Shown here one piece after another: positions 18,507 to 27,847 of a stretch of 64,000 bases of DNA (within the stretch, counting starts at the first letter, position 1; every line of letters starts with the position of its first letter). A program made the translations under genes and the position numbers. The DNA lies in the NCBI GenBank assembly GCA_036652335.1, contig JAVVWB010000004.1, positions 1 through 64,000 on the forward strand. The letters run 5' to 3'. Below the pieces are notes generated by a model that saw only the letters and a program-made list of their open reading frames with translations, was not told the origin of the DNA and searched no databases. Source of the DNA: Synergistaceae bacterium. Lineage in GTDB: Bacteria; Synergistota; Synergistia; Synergistales; Synergistaceae.

Positions 18507-18842
18507 CTAGAGTTTGCCAATTCCAAGGTCAATTGAAGAAACTGATGAAGAAGCGGTCGCTGCTTCATGTTCCCCAAGTGGTGCTGTAGTAAATAAGTAA
18601 TCTTTAAGTTCTTTGTCCCAGTTGCTTTGATTTCTGCGTATCCATTCCATAAGCATTGCTGCGTGTTCTTTTTCTTCGTCTCTATTGTGTTCCATTATGC
18701 GTTTTAGTTCTTCATTTGTTGCGGTAGCTACTCTCTGATTATAAAAGTCTACAGCCTCTAATTCTTCTCTTAGACTGGTAATAGCCTTTGTTATATCGAG
18801 TGTTTTAGAATCCATTTTTTCGTAAGGTTCTGTGTATGACAT
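18507..18842 (-). CDS. ferritin-like protein (Flp) encapsulin cargo with C-terminal targeting peptide
   Basis: Ferritin-like four-helix motifs (EExAxxFY, EEKEHAAML). C-terminal SSVSSIDLGIGKL matches the encapsulin cargo-loading peptide consensus (GSLxIGxLK). GGGAGGAAAAC Shine-Dalgarno before the ATG at 18840-18842. The ORF-track N-terminal extension is rejected. Confidence 0.85.
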   Translation of the reverse strand: MSYTEPYEKMDSKTLDITKAITSLREELEAVDFYNQRVATATNEELKRIMEHNRDEEKEHAAMLMEWIRRNQSNWDKELKDYLFTTAPLGEHEAATASSSVSSIDLGIGKL

Positions 18843-19054
18843 AGTTGTTTTCCTCCCCTGTAATTTGAAATGATTTTTAAATACTACTCTACAATTATAT
18901 ATCTTTTTCACATTATAGCAAATGTTATTAGACTTAATTTGTTTTAGAAAAAATACTGTTTTGTATTTGAAGAAGTCTGTATTTGCTGTAGAATATAAGC
19001 TATACTTTTATGAACTGATTTAAATTTTGAGTAAATTACATGGAGGTCGTTTTG

Positions 19055-19843
19055 ATGGTTGATTCTATTTGTACGCATGAACATAACCTTTCTGATTATG
19101 AGTGTCTTGTAGTTACTTCTGAGATGCTAACAGACCGTCTTGCGTGGATTACGTTTAAGTGCGACTCTTTGGCACGAATTATCCTGCCAGGTCATTCTGT
19201 TATGGTTTTTCCATTAATGTCATCATCACCCCTTTTAGGTCGTCCTTTTGGAGTAGCTGATGTTGATATAAACAAGGGCGAATTATCTGTATGTTATATG
19301 GTTATTGGACGTGGAACTGAACTTATGTCACAAACTATACCTGGATCGGTTATGAGGGTAAGAGGGCCTTTTGGAAAACCACTCCCTAAAAGAGACGGGA
19401 ATGTTTATCTCTGTGGAGGCGGTGTAGGGGTAGCTATTTTTCTTCTCTATAGAAAACTTTATCCTGAATATTCTAAGGGGCTTTATTTAGGAATACCTGG
19501 TAAGGGGTTTGAAAGGTTTGCAGAAAAGATTCACTCTTTAATTCCAGATGCAAAGATATATACAGATGATAACTCTTTTGGTGAAGGTGATTCTATGTTT
19601 AAAGTATTGCCTCATAATCTTTCAGAAAATAAAGAAGAAATTTGGGCATGTGGTCCTGAAGGATTTTTAAAAGCATTAGAGAGACATTGCCCTAAAGATA
19701 AAAAAAATGTATTTTTTGCTCTGGACAACAGAATGGCATGCGGCTATGGAGGTTGCATGGGGTGTGTAATCGAGACGAAGAATGGTATGAAACGTATTTG
19801 TGTTGACCAATCACTCTTTAGTGCTGATGAGGTGAATTTATAA
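19055..19843 (+). CDS. pyrK: dihydroorotate dehydrogenase electron-transfer subunit (PyrK-like, 2Fe-2S)
   Basis: FAD/NAD-binding fold with GRPFGVAD and a C-terminal Cys cluster CGYGGCMGC...C; located directly upstream of pyrD. Confidence 0.8.
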   Translation: MVDSICTHEHNLSDYECLVVTSEMLTDRLAWITFKCDSLARIILPGHSVMVFPLMSSSPLLGRPFGVADVDINKGELSVCYMVIGRGTELMSQTIPGSVMRVRGPFGKPLPKRDGNVYLCGGGVGVAIFLLYRKLYPEYSKGLYLGIPGKGFERFAEKIHSLIPDAKIYTDDNSFGEGDSMFKVLPHNLSENKEEIWACGPEGFLKALERHCPKDKKNVFFALDNRMACGYGGCMGCVIETKNGMKRICVDQSLFSADEVNL

Positions 19844-20757
19844 TGGATAATAAACTTTCAATTAAAATTGGAACAGTTGAAATACCTTCTCCTGTTATTC
19901 CAGCCTCTGGTGTCTGGCCCTATGAAGAAGAATTTTGGTATGGAACTAGGACTGAATTTCTAGGTGCAGCGTGCACTAAAGCAATTAGCTTAAATCCGAG
20001 AAGAGGAAATGACGGTATAAGGCTTTGGGAAACACCGTCTGGTATTCTAAATAGTATCGGATTACAAAATGTTGGAGTACACGAGTTTGTTAAGAGATAT
20101 ATGAAAAGAGTTCTAAACGGAGATGTCTTACCAATTGCGAATGTCGTAATGGAGAGACCAGAAGAGACTGTTGAGACGTTAAAAACTATAGAAGATGCTG
20201 GTGGTATGCCTGTTGTTGAGCTTAATATTTCTTGTCCAAATGTTGACGGGGATGGGATGTCTTGGGGAATGGAAGCAGAAACGGCTGCAAAGGCTGTTGC
20301 TGCTGCTCGTAAGGCATGGAATGGTCCACTATGGGTGAAAATGACACCACAAACTGCTACCCCTGCTTTAGTTGCTAAGGCCATTGAGAACGAAGGAGCG
20401 GATGCTCTGGTTGTTGCAAATACATGGCTCGGTATGGGTATGAATATGGAAACAGGCAAGCCTGCATTTAATAGGGTCGTTGCTGGTTTATCAGGTCCTG
20501 CGGTCTTTCCACTATCCTTGCGTTTAGTTTGGCAAGTTTGTGGTGCGGTTAATATCCCTGTTATTGGTTGTGGTGGGGTATCAACAGCTGAAGACTGCGC
20601 TGCAATGCTGATGGCAGGCGCGTCTGCTGTTGAAGTCGGAACGGCTTTCTTTACAGATTTGAATGCAGGAAAGACCATTTGTAATGGTTTATATCGATAT
20701 ATTGAAAAATATGGGGTAACCAATCTTTCAGATCTAATCGGATTTGCAAGAAAATAA
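19843..20757 (+). CDS. pyrD: dihydroorotate dehydrogenase catalytic subunit (class 1B)
   Basis: NISCPN active-site region and TIM-barrel Gly-rich motifs; terminator at about 20762-20790. Confidence 0.9.
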   Translation: MDNKLSIKIGTVEIPSPVIPASGVWPYEEEFWYGTRTEFLGAACTKAISLNPRRGNDGIRLWETPSGILNSIGLQNVGVHEFVKRYMKRVLNGDVLPIANVVMERPEETVETLKTIEDAGGMPVVELNISCPNVDGDGMSWGMEAETAAKAVAAARKAWNGPLWVKMTPQTATPALVAKAIENEGADALVVANTWLGMGMNMETGKPAFNRVVAGLSGPAVFPLSLRLVWQVCGAVNIPVIGCGGVSTAEDCAAMLMAGASAVEVGTAFFTDLNAGKTICNGLYRYIEKYGVTNLSDLIGFARK

Positions 20758-20887
20758 AATTAAAGCCGGAGAAATCCGGTTTTAATTTTGCAAATAAACT
20801 TTGTTTTTATACCTTACTCATAGTATAATAAAACATTACAATAATACATTATATGACTGTTCGTGATATCTTTCCGGAGGGATACAT

Positions 20888-21562
20888 ATGACTGAAGATA
20901 ATTGCTTTGCCTTTGTACTTACAATAGATGGCCCTGCCGGTGCAGGTAAAAGTACTATAGCAAAGTTGGTCGCTAAACAACTTGGTTTGCCTTATCTTGA
21001 CACTGGCTCAATTTATAGAGCCATATCATGGTTTTTAAATAGTAATAATTTAAAACCAGAAGACGAAAATAAAATTGAGGACGAGCTAAAAAAGTTTTCA
21101 CTAAAACTTGTTGATGGTATGGTTGTTGTAAACGGGATTGACGTAACAAAAGAGATAAGAACCCCATTTATAGATAAAATAGTATCTCCATTTGCGGCTT
21201 TAAAGATAGTTAGAGATTCGTTGCTTGGCTTGCAGCGAGAATTAGCTCAATCCGGTATTGTTGCCGATGGTAGAGATATGGGGACAGTTGTATTTCCAGA
21301 TGCTAGCTTGAAGATTTTCTTAACGGCTTCCGCAGAAGAAAGAGCTTCTAGACGTTACAAAGAAAGACAGGAGCGAGGAGAAGACGTTCTTTACGAAGAT
21401 ATTTTAAAGCAGGTAAATGAGAGAGATTATTATGATATGAACAGAGAAGTTGCTCCTTTAAAACCTGCTCCAGGTTGTGTAATATTAGATAGTACGTCTA
21501 TGTCAATAGAAGAGGTTTCTGATGCTATTTCTTCATTAGCTAAAGAATTAATAGGAAAATAA
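20888..21562 (+). CDS. cmk: cytidylate kinase
   Basis: DGPAGAGKSTIAK P-loop. Confidence 0.9.
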   Translation: MTEDNCFAFVLTIDGPAGAGKSTIAKLVAKQLGLPYLDTGSIYRAISWFLNSNNLKPEDENKIEDELKKFSLKLVDGMVVVNGIDVTKEIRTPFIDKIVSPFAALKIVRDSLLGLQRELAQSGIVADGRDMGTVVFPDASLKIFLTASAEERASRRYKERQERGEDVLYEDILKQVNERDYYDMNREVAPLKPAPGCVILDSTSMSIEEVSDAISSLAKELIGK

Positions 21563-21565
21563 ATT

Positions 21566-22744
21566 TTGACTCAAAATAAAAAAATATTTGATTTAACTAA
21601 AAAAGAGAAAAAAGCTCTTGTTGTTACAATTGATTTATTAAATTCTTCCTATGAAGTTAATCTCTCTATGGAAGAGTTGATTTTGTTGCTTAAAAATCTT
21701 GATATTGAGACGCTCGCAACGTCAATTCAAAAAAGAATAATACCGGATCCATCATCTTTTATAGGGTTTGGAAAAGCTGTAGAACTTAAGAGTATGGCTT
21801 CTGATCTTTCTGCAAATTTACTTGTAGTAGATGATTTTCTTTCTCCAACACAAAAGAGTAATTTACAAAAGATTACCTCAATGGAAGTATGGGATCGCTC
21901 GTTTGTAATTATGAAGATTTTTGAACGAAGGGCACACACTGCAGAAGCGAAGTTACAAGTTGAAATGGCACAATATAGATATGAGATTCCAAGTCTCAAA
22001 GGATTGGGACATCAAATGTCACGTACTGGTGGCGGAATAGGTACAAGAGGCCCGGGTGAAACAGAGTTTGAGAGACATAGGCGAAAATTAGATAAGAGAA
22101 TTAAATCCATAACTCAAAAACTTGAGGATATAAGAAGGAGAAGAAAAAACCGTCGTGATAAGAGGAAGAGGGATGGAATTCCTCTTGTTTCCCTTGTTGG
22201 ATATACAAACAGTGGAAAATCTACATTGCTTAAATCTTTGTCTAAAGATGGAGATATTGTTTCAGCCAATCAGCTTTTCTCAACCTTAGATACTATTGTG
22301 AGAAGAATTAATTATAGAAATTCATCAGGTGGTTTTTTGTTGTCTGATACCGTTGGTTTTATAAGAAAATTACCACCAGAACTGGTTGCTGCTTTTAGAG
22401 CAACTCTTGAAGAAGTTGCAGGGGCTGATTTGCTCCTAGTTGTTCTTGACTCGTCAGATAAAGACCCTATCTCAACTTTTGATATAGTTCTTAATACCTT
22501 AAAGAGTTTAGAATCAGATACGTTGCCTCGAATCACGGTATTGAATAAAATAGATAAAGACGAGAACGAAGCAGAGTTTGTAGCAATGGAATTAAGAGCA
22601 AGAGGAGAAACAGTAGTTTTTACTTCTGCTACGGAACGTCAAGGTCTTGATCTTCTTTTAGAAACTATTTCAGAAAGATTATTGGAATACTCGTATCCGC
22701 CTATGTGGGCTAATTACAAAAATAACGATTTTAATATAAACTAA
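21566..22744 (+). CDS. hflX: GTPase HflX
   Basis: HflX N-terminal domain (IPDPSSFIGFGK) and G-domain GYTNSGKSTL; TTG start assumed. Confidence 0.8.
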   Translation: MTQNKKIFDLTKKEKKALVVTIDLLNSSYEVNLSMEELILLLKNLDIETLATSIQKRIIPDPSSFIGFGKAVELKSMASDLSANLLVVDDFLSPTQKSNLQKITSMEVWDRSFVIMKIFERRAHTAEAKLQVEMAQYRYEIPSLKGLGHQMSRTGGGIGTRGPGETEFERHRRKLDKRIKSITQKLEDIRRRRKNRRDKRKRDGIPLVSLVGYTNSGKSTLLKSLSKDGDIVSANQLFSTLDTIVRRINYRNSSGGFLLSDTVGFIRKLPPELVAAFRATLEEVAGADLLLVVLDSSDKDPISTFDIVLNTLKSLESDTLPRITVLNKIDKDENEAEFVAMELRARGETVVFTSATERQGLDLLLETISERLLEYSYPPMWANYKNNDFNIN

Positions 22745-22765
22745 TTGTTGATGGGGTGTGTTTTT

Positions 22766-23653
22766 ATGTATATAAGTATGACTGGTTTTAGTAGAGCACA
22801 GGTACAGCAAACATGGGGAACACTTAGCCTTGAACTTTCGAGCGTAAATCACCGTTATCAAGAAATTTTTGTGAAACTTCCAAGAGAATTTTCTAGTTGG
22901 GAACCTTGGTTTCATCAGAGATTGCGTAAATATTTTAGAAGAGGAAAAGTCCAATTAAGAATGGAAATTCTTTGGGCTCCATCTTTTAGAACAGGAAGAA
23001 TAAACAGAGAAATATTTTCTTCATATCTTGAAGAATTTTCTGTCATACAAAAAGAACTAGGCCAAAATCACGAATTAGATATAGAAAGAATTGTTTCGTT
23101 ACCAGGTGTGTTGGATATGCCAAAATTTGAATGTAGTGAAGAGGCGGAATCACTTGAAAGTGTCTTTGATGCGTTGCTCCTTGACGGTGTAACTTCTTGG
23201 CAAGATATGCGGAAAACGGAGGGTATGCATTTAAAGGATGAAGTACTGGAACATCTGTCTGAATTGGAACGTTTAGCTACCGTTATAGAAGATAAATGGT
23301 TGCCTGCTAAGAATTTGGCGTTTAAGGCTTTAAAAGATAGGTTAAATGAAACATTGGACTCTTTAGGTGGAAAATTGGATGATGACCGTTTTATGCAAGA
23401 AGTTGTTATTTTAACAGATAAATGGGATGTATCTGAAGAGTTGGGTAGATTAAAAAGCCATGTTATGAAGTTCAAAAAAACAGGAGAAGAAAGTGAGTCT
23501 TCTGGTAGAAAGTTAGATTTTATTGTTCAAGAGATGAACAGGGAAGTTAATACATTGGACTCAAAAGTTGCAGACGCTGAGATCCGTTGGTTGGCGGTTG
23601 ATGCGAAAGCAGCTCTTGAAAGAATAAGAGAACAAATTCAAAACTTGGAGTAG
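22766..23653 (+). CDS. yicC: YicC-family protein (UPF0701, stress-induced endoribonuclease-like)
   Basis: SMTGFSRA...SVNHRYQEIFVKLPREF N-terminal YicC domain plus DUF1732 C-terminal region. Confidence 0.8.
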   Translation: MYISMTGFSRAQVQQTWGTLSLELSSVNHRYQEIFVKLPREFSSWEPWFHQRLRKYFRRGKVQLRMEILWAPSFRTGRINREIFSSYLEEFSVIQKELGQNHELDIERIVSLPGVLDMPKFECSEEAESLESVFDALLLDGVTSWQDMRKTEGMHLKDEVLEHLSELERLATVIEDKWLPAKNLAFKALKDRLNETLDSLGGKLDDDRFMQEVVILTDKWDVSEELGRLKSHVMKFKKTGEESESSGRKLDFIVQEMNREVNTLDSKVADAEIRWLAVDAKAALERIREQIQNLE

Positions 23654-23659
23654 AATTCA

Positions 23660-23914
23660 ATGAATTACAAACTTGTACATGTCGGATTTGGTAATATGGT
23701 GGTAGCTGAAAGAATTATCGCAATTATTGCTCCTTCTTCCGCACCGATTAAACGTCTCAAGGAAGAAGCAAAAGAAGCAGGCTTGCTTGTTGATGTAACT
23801 CAAGGAAGAAAAACGAGAGCAATTTTAATTATGGATAGCAAACATGTTATACTTTCTGCAATTCAACCGGAGACAATAACAGGCAGATTTGTTGACGATA
23901 AAGAGGATAAATAA
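23660..23914 (+). CDS. remA: DUF370 protein, RemA/YlzA-like
   Basis: [33 protein letters not shown]...[24 protein letters not shown] is nearly collinear with B. subtilis RemA. Confidence 0.8.
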   Translation: MNYKLVHVGFGNMVVAERIIAIIAPSSAPIKRLKEEAKEAGLLVDVTQGRKTRAILIMDSKHVILSAIQPETITGRFVDDKEDK

Positions 23915-24486
23915 TGATAATGAGAAAGGGTCATCTATTCGTTATTTCTGGTCCATCCGGTGCAGGAAAGGGTACTATATTAAAAAGGGCACTCCCGCAA
24001 CTGACAGATATTTCTTTTTCTGTTTCGTGCACAACTAGGAAACCTAGAGAAGAGGATGTAGAAGGAACTACATACTTTTTTATTACAAAAGATAAGTTTA
24101 AAAGTATGATAGCTAACTCTGAATTTATTGAGTGGGCAGAAGTGCATGGTAACTTTTATGGCACCAAGAAGGAGTATGTACTTTCTGAAATTGAAAAAGG
24201 AAAAGATGTCTTTTTGGAAATTGATGTTCAGGGTGCATTGCAGATAAAAAAAATATTGCCAGAAGCTGTAACTATTTTTATAAAACCACCTTCTATTGAT
24301 GTTTTGAAGGAAAGATTGATTTGTAGGGGAACTGAGAGTGCATCAGAGTTTGATTTGAGAGTAAGTAATGCAAAAAAAGAAGTAGAATTATGTTGCTTTT
24401 ATGACGCAATAGTTATAAACGACAGCCTAGATAACTCTGTCGATGAATTTATAAAAATAGTAAAAAATTTTAGGGGGAACCAATAA
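23914..24486 (+). CDS. gmk: guanylate kinase
   Basis: ISGPSGAGKGT P-loop. Confidence 0.9.
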   Translation: MIMRKGHLFVISGPSGAGKGTILKRALPQLTDISFSVSCTTRKPREEDVEGTTYFFITKDKFKSMIANSEFIEWAEVHGNFYGTKKEYVLSEIEKGKDVFLEIDVQGALQIKKILPEAVTIFIKPPSIDVLKERLICRGTESASEFDLRVSNAKKEVELCCFYDAIVINDSLDNSVDEFIKIVKNFRGNQ

Positions 24487-24728
24487 TGATTTATATGGAT
24501 TTAGAAAAGATTTATGCTGAAAGAGATATACCCAATAAGTATATTTTAACCCTTGTGCTTGCAGCTAGAGCTCGTCAGTTGAGTGAGAGAAAAGAAGTCA
24601 GAGCTGGCTTGGATGAGAAGTATATATCTATGGCTGTTGATGATATTACAAACGCTAAAGTTGATTTTGAAGTAGTCAATTTTACAGATGCAACTGAGAC
24701 CGAAGATGAACAGCTGGAAAAAATCTAA
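24486..24728 (+). CDS. rpoZ: DNA-directed RNA polymerase omega subunit
   Basis: RYILTLVLAARARQL. Confidence 0.85.
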   Translation: MIYMDLEKIYAERDIPNKYILTLVLAARARQLSERKEVRAGLDEKYISMAVDDITNAKVDFEVVNFTDATETEDEQLEKI

Positions 24729-25914
24729 AAAAATCTTATATGGTGTTTCAGGCGGAATTGCTGCCTATAAGTCTCCTGATATATTACATGGTTGGATAAA
24801 AGCAGGTTGTGATGTTGAAACTATTCTTACAAATGCAGCAAAGTCATTTGTTTCCCCTCTTGCTCTCTCTACTTTAACAAAGAAACGTATATGGTGTGAA
24901 GAAGATTTTTTGAGTAGTGAATATGGATGGAAGATACCACATATTTCTTTGACGGATTGGGCGGATGTATTTGTAATTGCACCTTGTACTGCTAATATTC
25001 TTAATATGTGTGTACAGGGTGATAGTTCTACCTTAATGGGAGCCACGATGTTGGCATCAAAAAAGCCCCTTGTCCTTTTCCCTGCCATGAATGTAAATAT
25101 GTTGTTTAACCCTGCGACTCAAAAGAATATTAATTTAGCGCGCTCTCTAGGTCATACTGTGGTTAATCCTGACAAAGGAATGCTTGCATGTGGTTACGAG
25201 GGAGATGGAAGGTTACCTTCTAATTCGGTTATATATGAATATGTATGGAAAGCTCTTTGCGATAAGAAAGATTTAATAGGCAAGAAAGTTCTTATAACCG
25301 CTGGTCCTACTCATGAGTATCTTGATCCGGTACGCTATATAAGTAACCCAAGTAGTGGAAAAATGGGTTTCGCTCTTGCTCGTGCTGCATGGTATAGAGG
25401 GGCGGATGTTACTCTTATTACTGGGCCTGTTTCGATTGCATATCCTGTAGGAGTCAATGTTGTCCCTGTCGTTTCCGCAGACGATATGTATCAAGCTTGT
25501 ATAGACTATATGCCAAATTCTGACATTATTATAAAATCTGCTGCTGTGGGAGACTTTAAGCCTTCTACTTTTGCAGAGAATAAAATTAAACGTGCGTCTA
25601 AAGATGATTTCTCTATAAATCTTATGCAGAATAGAGATATAGCTGCTGAGTTAGGAAAGATAAAACGAGATGATCAAATTTTAGTTGGATTTGCTGCAGA
25701 AACAGAGAATATTATAAGTAATGCAAAAAGTAAAATTGTCTCTAAGAATTTAGATTATATTGCAGTAAATAATGTGCTTGAAAAAGATGCTGGTTTTATT
25801 AGTGATACTAATGAAGTCACATTTATAAGTAGAAATGGAATTATGTCATCAATAGTTGGCAGTAAAGATGATGTCGCCGATAGTATTTTTGATAATATAG
25901 CTTCTGAAAGATAG
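24706..25914 (+). CDS. coaBC: bifunctional phosphopantothenoylcysteine decarboxylase / phosphopantothenate-cysteine ligase
   Basis: Flavoprotein domain (ILYGVSGGIAAYK) plus CoaB domain; start uncertain (24688 or 24706). Confidence 0.85.
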   Translation: MNSWKKSKKILYGVSGGIAAYKSPDILHGWIKAGCDVETILTNAAKSFVSPLALSTLTKKRIWCEEDFLSSEYGWKIPHISLTDWADVFVIAPCTANILNMCVQGDSSTLMGATMLASKKPLVLFPAMNVNMLFNPATQKNINLARSLGHTVVNPDKGMLACGYEGDGRLPSNSVIYEYVWKALCDKKDLIGKKVLITAGPTHEYLDPVRYISNPSSGKMGFALARAAWYRGADVTLITGPVSIAYPVGVNVVPVVSADDMYQACIDYMPNSDIIIKSAAVGDFKPSTFAENKIKRASKDDFSINLMQNRDIAAELGKIKRDDQILVGFAAETENIISNAKSKIVSKNLDYIAVNNVLEKDAGFISDTNEVTFISRNGIMSSIVGSKDDVADSIFDNIASER

Positions 25915-25918
25915 TAGA

Positions 25919-27739
25919 TTGAGTGAATTAATTTCTGTATCATTACCCGGCCCTTGGTGGACAAAACTTACATACTTACATACAGAGACTCTTGCCATAG
26001 GTGTTAGAGTCTCTGTTCCACTTGGAAAGTCCAAGAGAATAGGGATTGTTGTCGAAAAAGATGATGATACTTTTTCTAACTTTTCTCAACTTAAATTTAT
26101 AGAAAAAGTCATAGATGAAAAACCTCAAATACCTGACGATTTACTTAAGACAATAGATTGGTTCAGAAAAATATGGTTTGTTAGTTTTGGTATGGCGGCT
26201 AAGATATTTTTGCCTACAAAATTTTTTTCTGATGAGCCATTGTCTACTCCAATTTTTCCGAATAAAGATATTGTTTCTCATAAATTTAATGTTGAGTATT
26301 TGTATGAAGTGAATGATTCAAAACGCATGGAGTTGTATAAAAATTTACTTGAAACTTCTAGTGGCAGTGTTTTGATATTATTTCCAGAAGCATCAAAAGC
26401 AAAGGAGTTTTGGAATTCACTTGATGAAGCATGTAAAAGTAGAGGTCTGCTTTGGCCTACAACTCAGTCTGAGAAGCAATGGAAAGTGTGGAAAGAGATA
26501 AGAGTTTCTTCTCCTAAATTTATTGTAGGGTCACAAACAGCTTCATTTGCTCCTTTAAATGATATTTCTCTTATAATTTTAGATGAAGAATGTAGTCGTG
26601 CGTGGTACACATTAAAAAAACCTGTTTTTCACTTTAGACCTATTATTAGTATGAGAGCTAAGTTTGCTAGTGCTAAACTTGTTTTGGGCGGAAGAATCCC
26701 ATCGTCAAAAGCATTTATTCACTGTAGAGAGCAGTATAAAAATTCAACAATTAAAAAAGACAATTCAAAACTTGTTTTTGTTGATTTACACAATTCGTCG
26801 TTTTTTGACGTCGATGCGGTAAAAAATTGTATCCCAATAAGTAAGCCTCTTATAAATAGAACTAAAGACACAATTGCACTAGGCAAGTGGGCATTGTGGA
26901 TTCTAGATAGGAAGGGCTATGCGGGGGAAATTTATTGTGAAGATTGTGGCTCTGCTATTAAGTGTCCTTGTTGCGGGGGTACCATGAGATGGAAATCTAA
27001 AAAAAATTTGCTTTCTTGTATTGTTTGTGGAAAGACTCAACCTATTCCTAGCTCATGCCCTTCTTGTGGGGGCCCATTTCTTGAAGGAGTACGTCCAGGT
27101 TTAGAGGCATTGGCAATGGAAGCAAAAAAACGTTTTGTAAATATTACAAAAAGTGTAATTTTATTTGAGAATGATGGGGAAAAAGTACCTTCACCTGATA
27201 TCCTTATAAAAGAAAATCCAAATGGTGCTTTGTTAATTGGTACAAGAAAACTATTAGCATTGACAGATAAGCTAGATGTAGACTTGATTGGTTGGGTTGA
27301 TGCAGATGGTGAGGCTAGAATCGCTGAGTATGATGCAAAATTAAGGGCATTCTGTTTAATTTTTGAGTCATTGTGGAGAGGGCTTTCTCCTGAGAGTCGA
27401 ACGGTATTGATTCAAAGCAGAGCTCCGTCTAAGAATTGGCAAGCATCTCTTGGATTAGGGTGGAATAGTTTTTGGAAGCATGAGATAGAAGAGAGAGAAA
27501 AATGGGAGTTGCCACCGTTTTTTCCTATGATTAAGGTGACAATACCTAAATATTGCGTAAATAAGTTTGTGGAAGACTTAGATAAACAATTTTTTGATTT
27601 TTGGCAATCGGAAGAAAACGATTGTGAATTATGGATTAGAACGAAGAAGTTTGAAAAATTATATTCACTGTTTTCCTCATATTTTGAAATAAAAAATGTT
27701 AAAAGAGGTTTCCCGGATATAACATTGTTTCTTGACTAA
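25919..27739 (+). CDS. priA: primosomal protein N' (PriA) orthologue with degenerate ATPase motifs (putative pseudo-helicase)
   Basis: Conserved position after coaBC. N-terminal VRVSVPLGKSKRIGIVV (3'-binding domain), LIILDEE (motif II), and the Cys4/Cys4 zinc-binding region CEDCGSAIKCPCCGG...CIVCG...CPSCGG. No GxGKT Walker A (region reads YEVNDSKRMELYKNLLETSSGSVLILFPE). Motifs III (GGRIP) and VI (WRGLSPESR) are also degenerate. TTG start. Confidence 0.75.
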   Translation: MSELISVSLPGPWWTKLTYLHTETLAIGVRVSVPLGKSKRIGIVVEKDDDTFSNFSQLKFIEKVIDEKPQIPDDLLKTIDWFRKIWFVSFGMAAKIFLPTKFFSDEPLSTPIFPNKDIVSHKFNVEYLYEVNDSKRMELYKNLLETSSGSVLILFPEASKAKEFWNSLDEACKSRGLLWPTTQSEKQWKVWKEIRVSSPKFIVGSQTASFAPLNDISLIILDEECSRAWYTLKKPVFHFRPIISMRAKFASAKLVLGGRIPSSKAFIHCREQYKNSTIKKDNSKLVFVDLHNSSFFDVDAVKNCIPISKPLINRTKDTIALGKWALWILDRKGYAGEIYCEDCGSAIKCPCCGGTMRWKSKKNLLSCIVCGKTQPIPSSCPSCGGPFLEGVRPGLEALAMEAKKRFVNITKSVILFENDGEKVPSPDILIKENPNGALLIGTRKLLALTDKLDVDLIGWVDADGEARIAEYDAKLRAFCLIFESLWRGLSPESRTVLIQSRAPSKNWQASLGLGWNSFWKHEIEEREKWELPPFFPMIKVTIPKYCVNKFVEDLDKQFFDFWQSEENDCELWIRTKKFEKLYSLFSSYFEIKNVKRGFPDITLFLD

Positions 27740-27847
27740 ACTTAGTTTTATTTTTAAAAATATATACACGTTGCTTTTTGTATGTATAATGTATATATCA
27801 TTACACTTTGATATTATTTGAAGATTGTAGAAAGAGTAGGTATAAAT

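Noticed and set aside
18843-19040. Fur/PerR box upstream of the Flp-encapsulin operon
   Set aside because: Looked for GATAATGATAATCATTATC-like or TTATAATnATTATAA-like palindromes. Only weak AT-rich partial matches were found, so no call is made.
19920-20723. 267-aa ORF on the minus strand inside pyrD
   Set aside because: Fully antisense to a well-supported pyrD gene. Ala/Ser/Pro-rich low-complexity translation typical of a shadow ORF. No Shine-Dalgarno.
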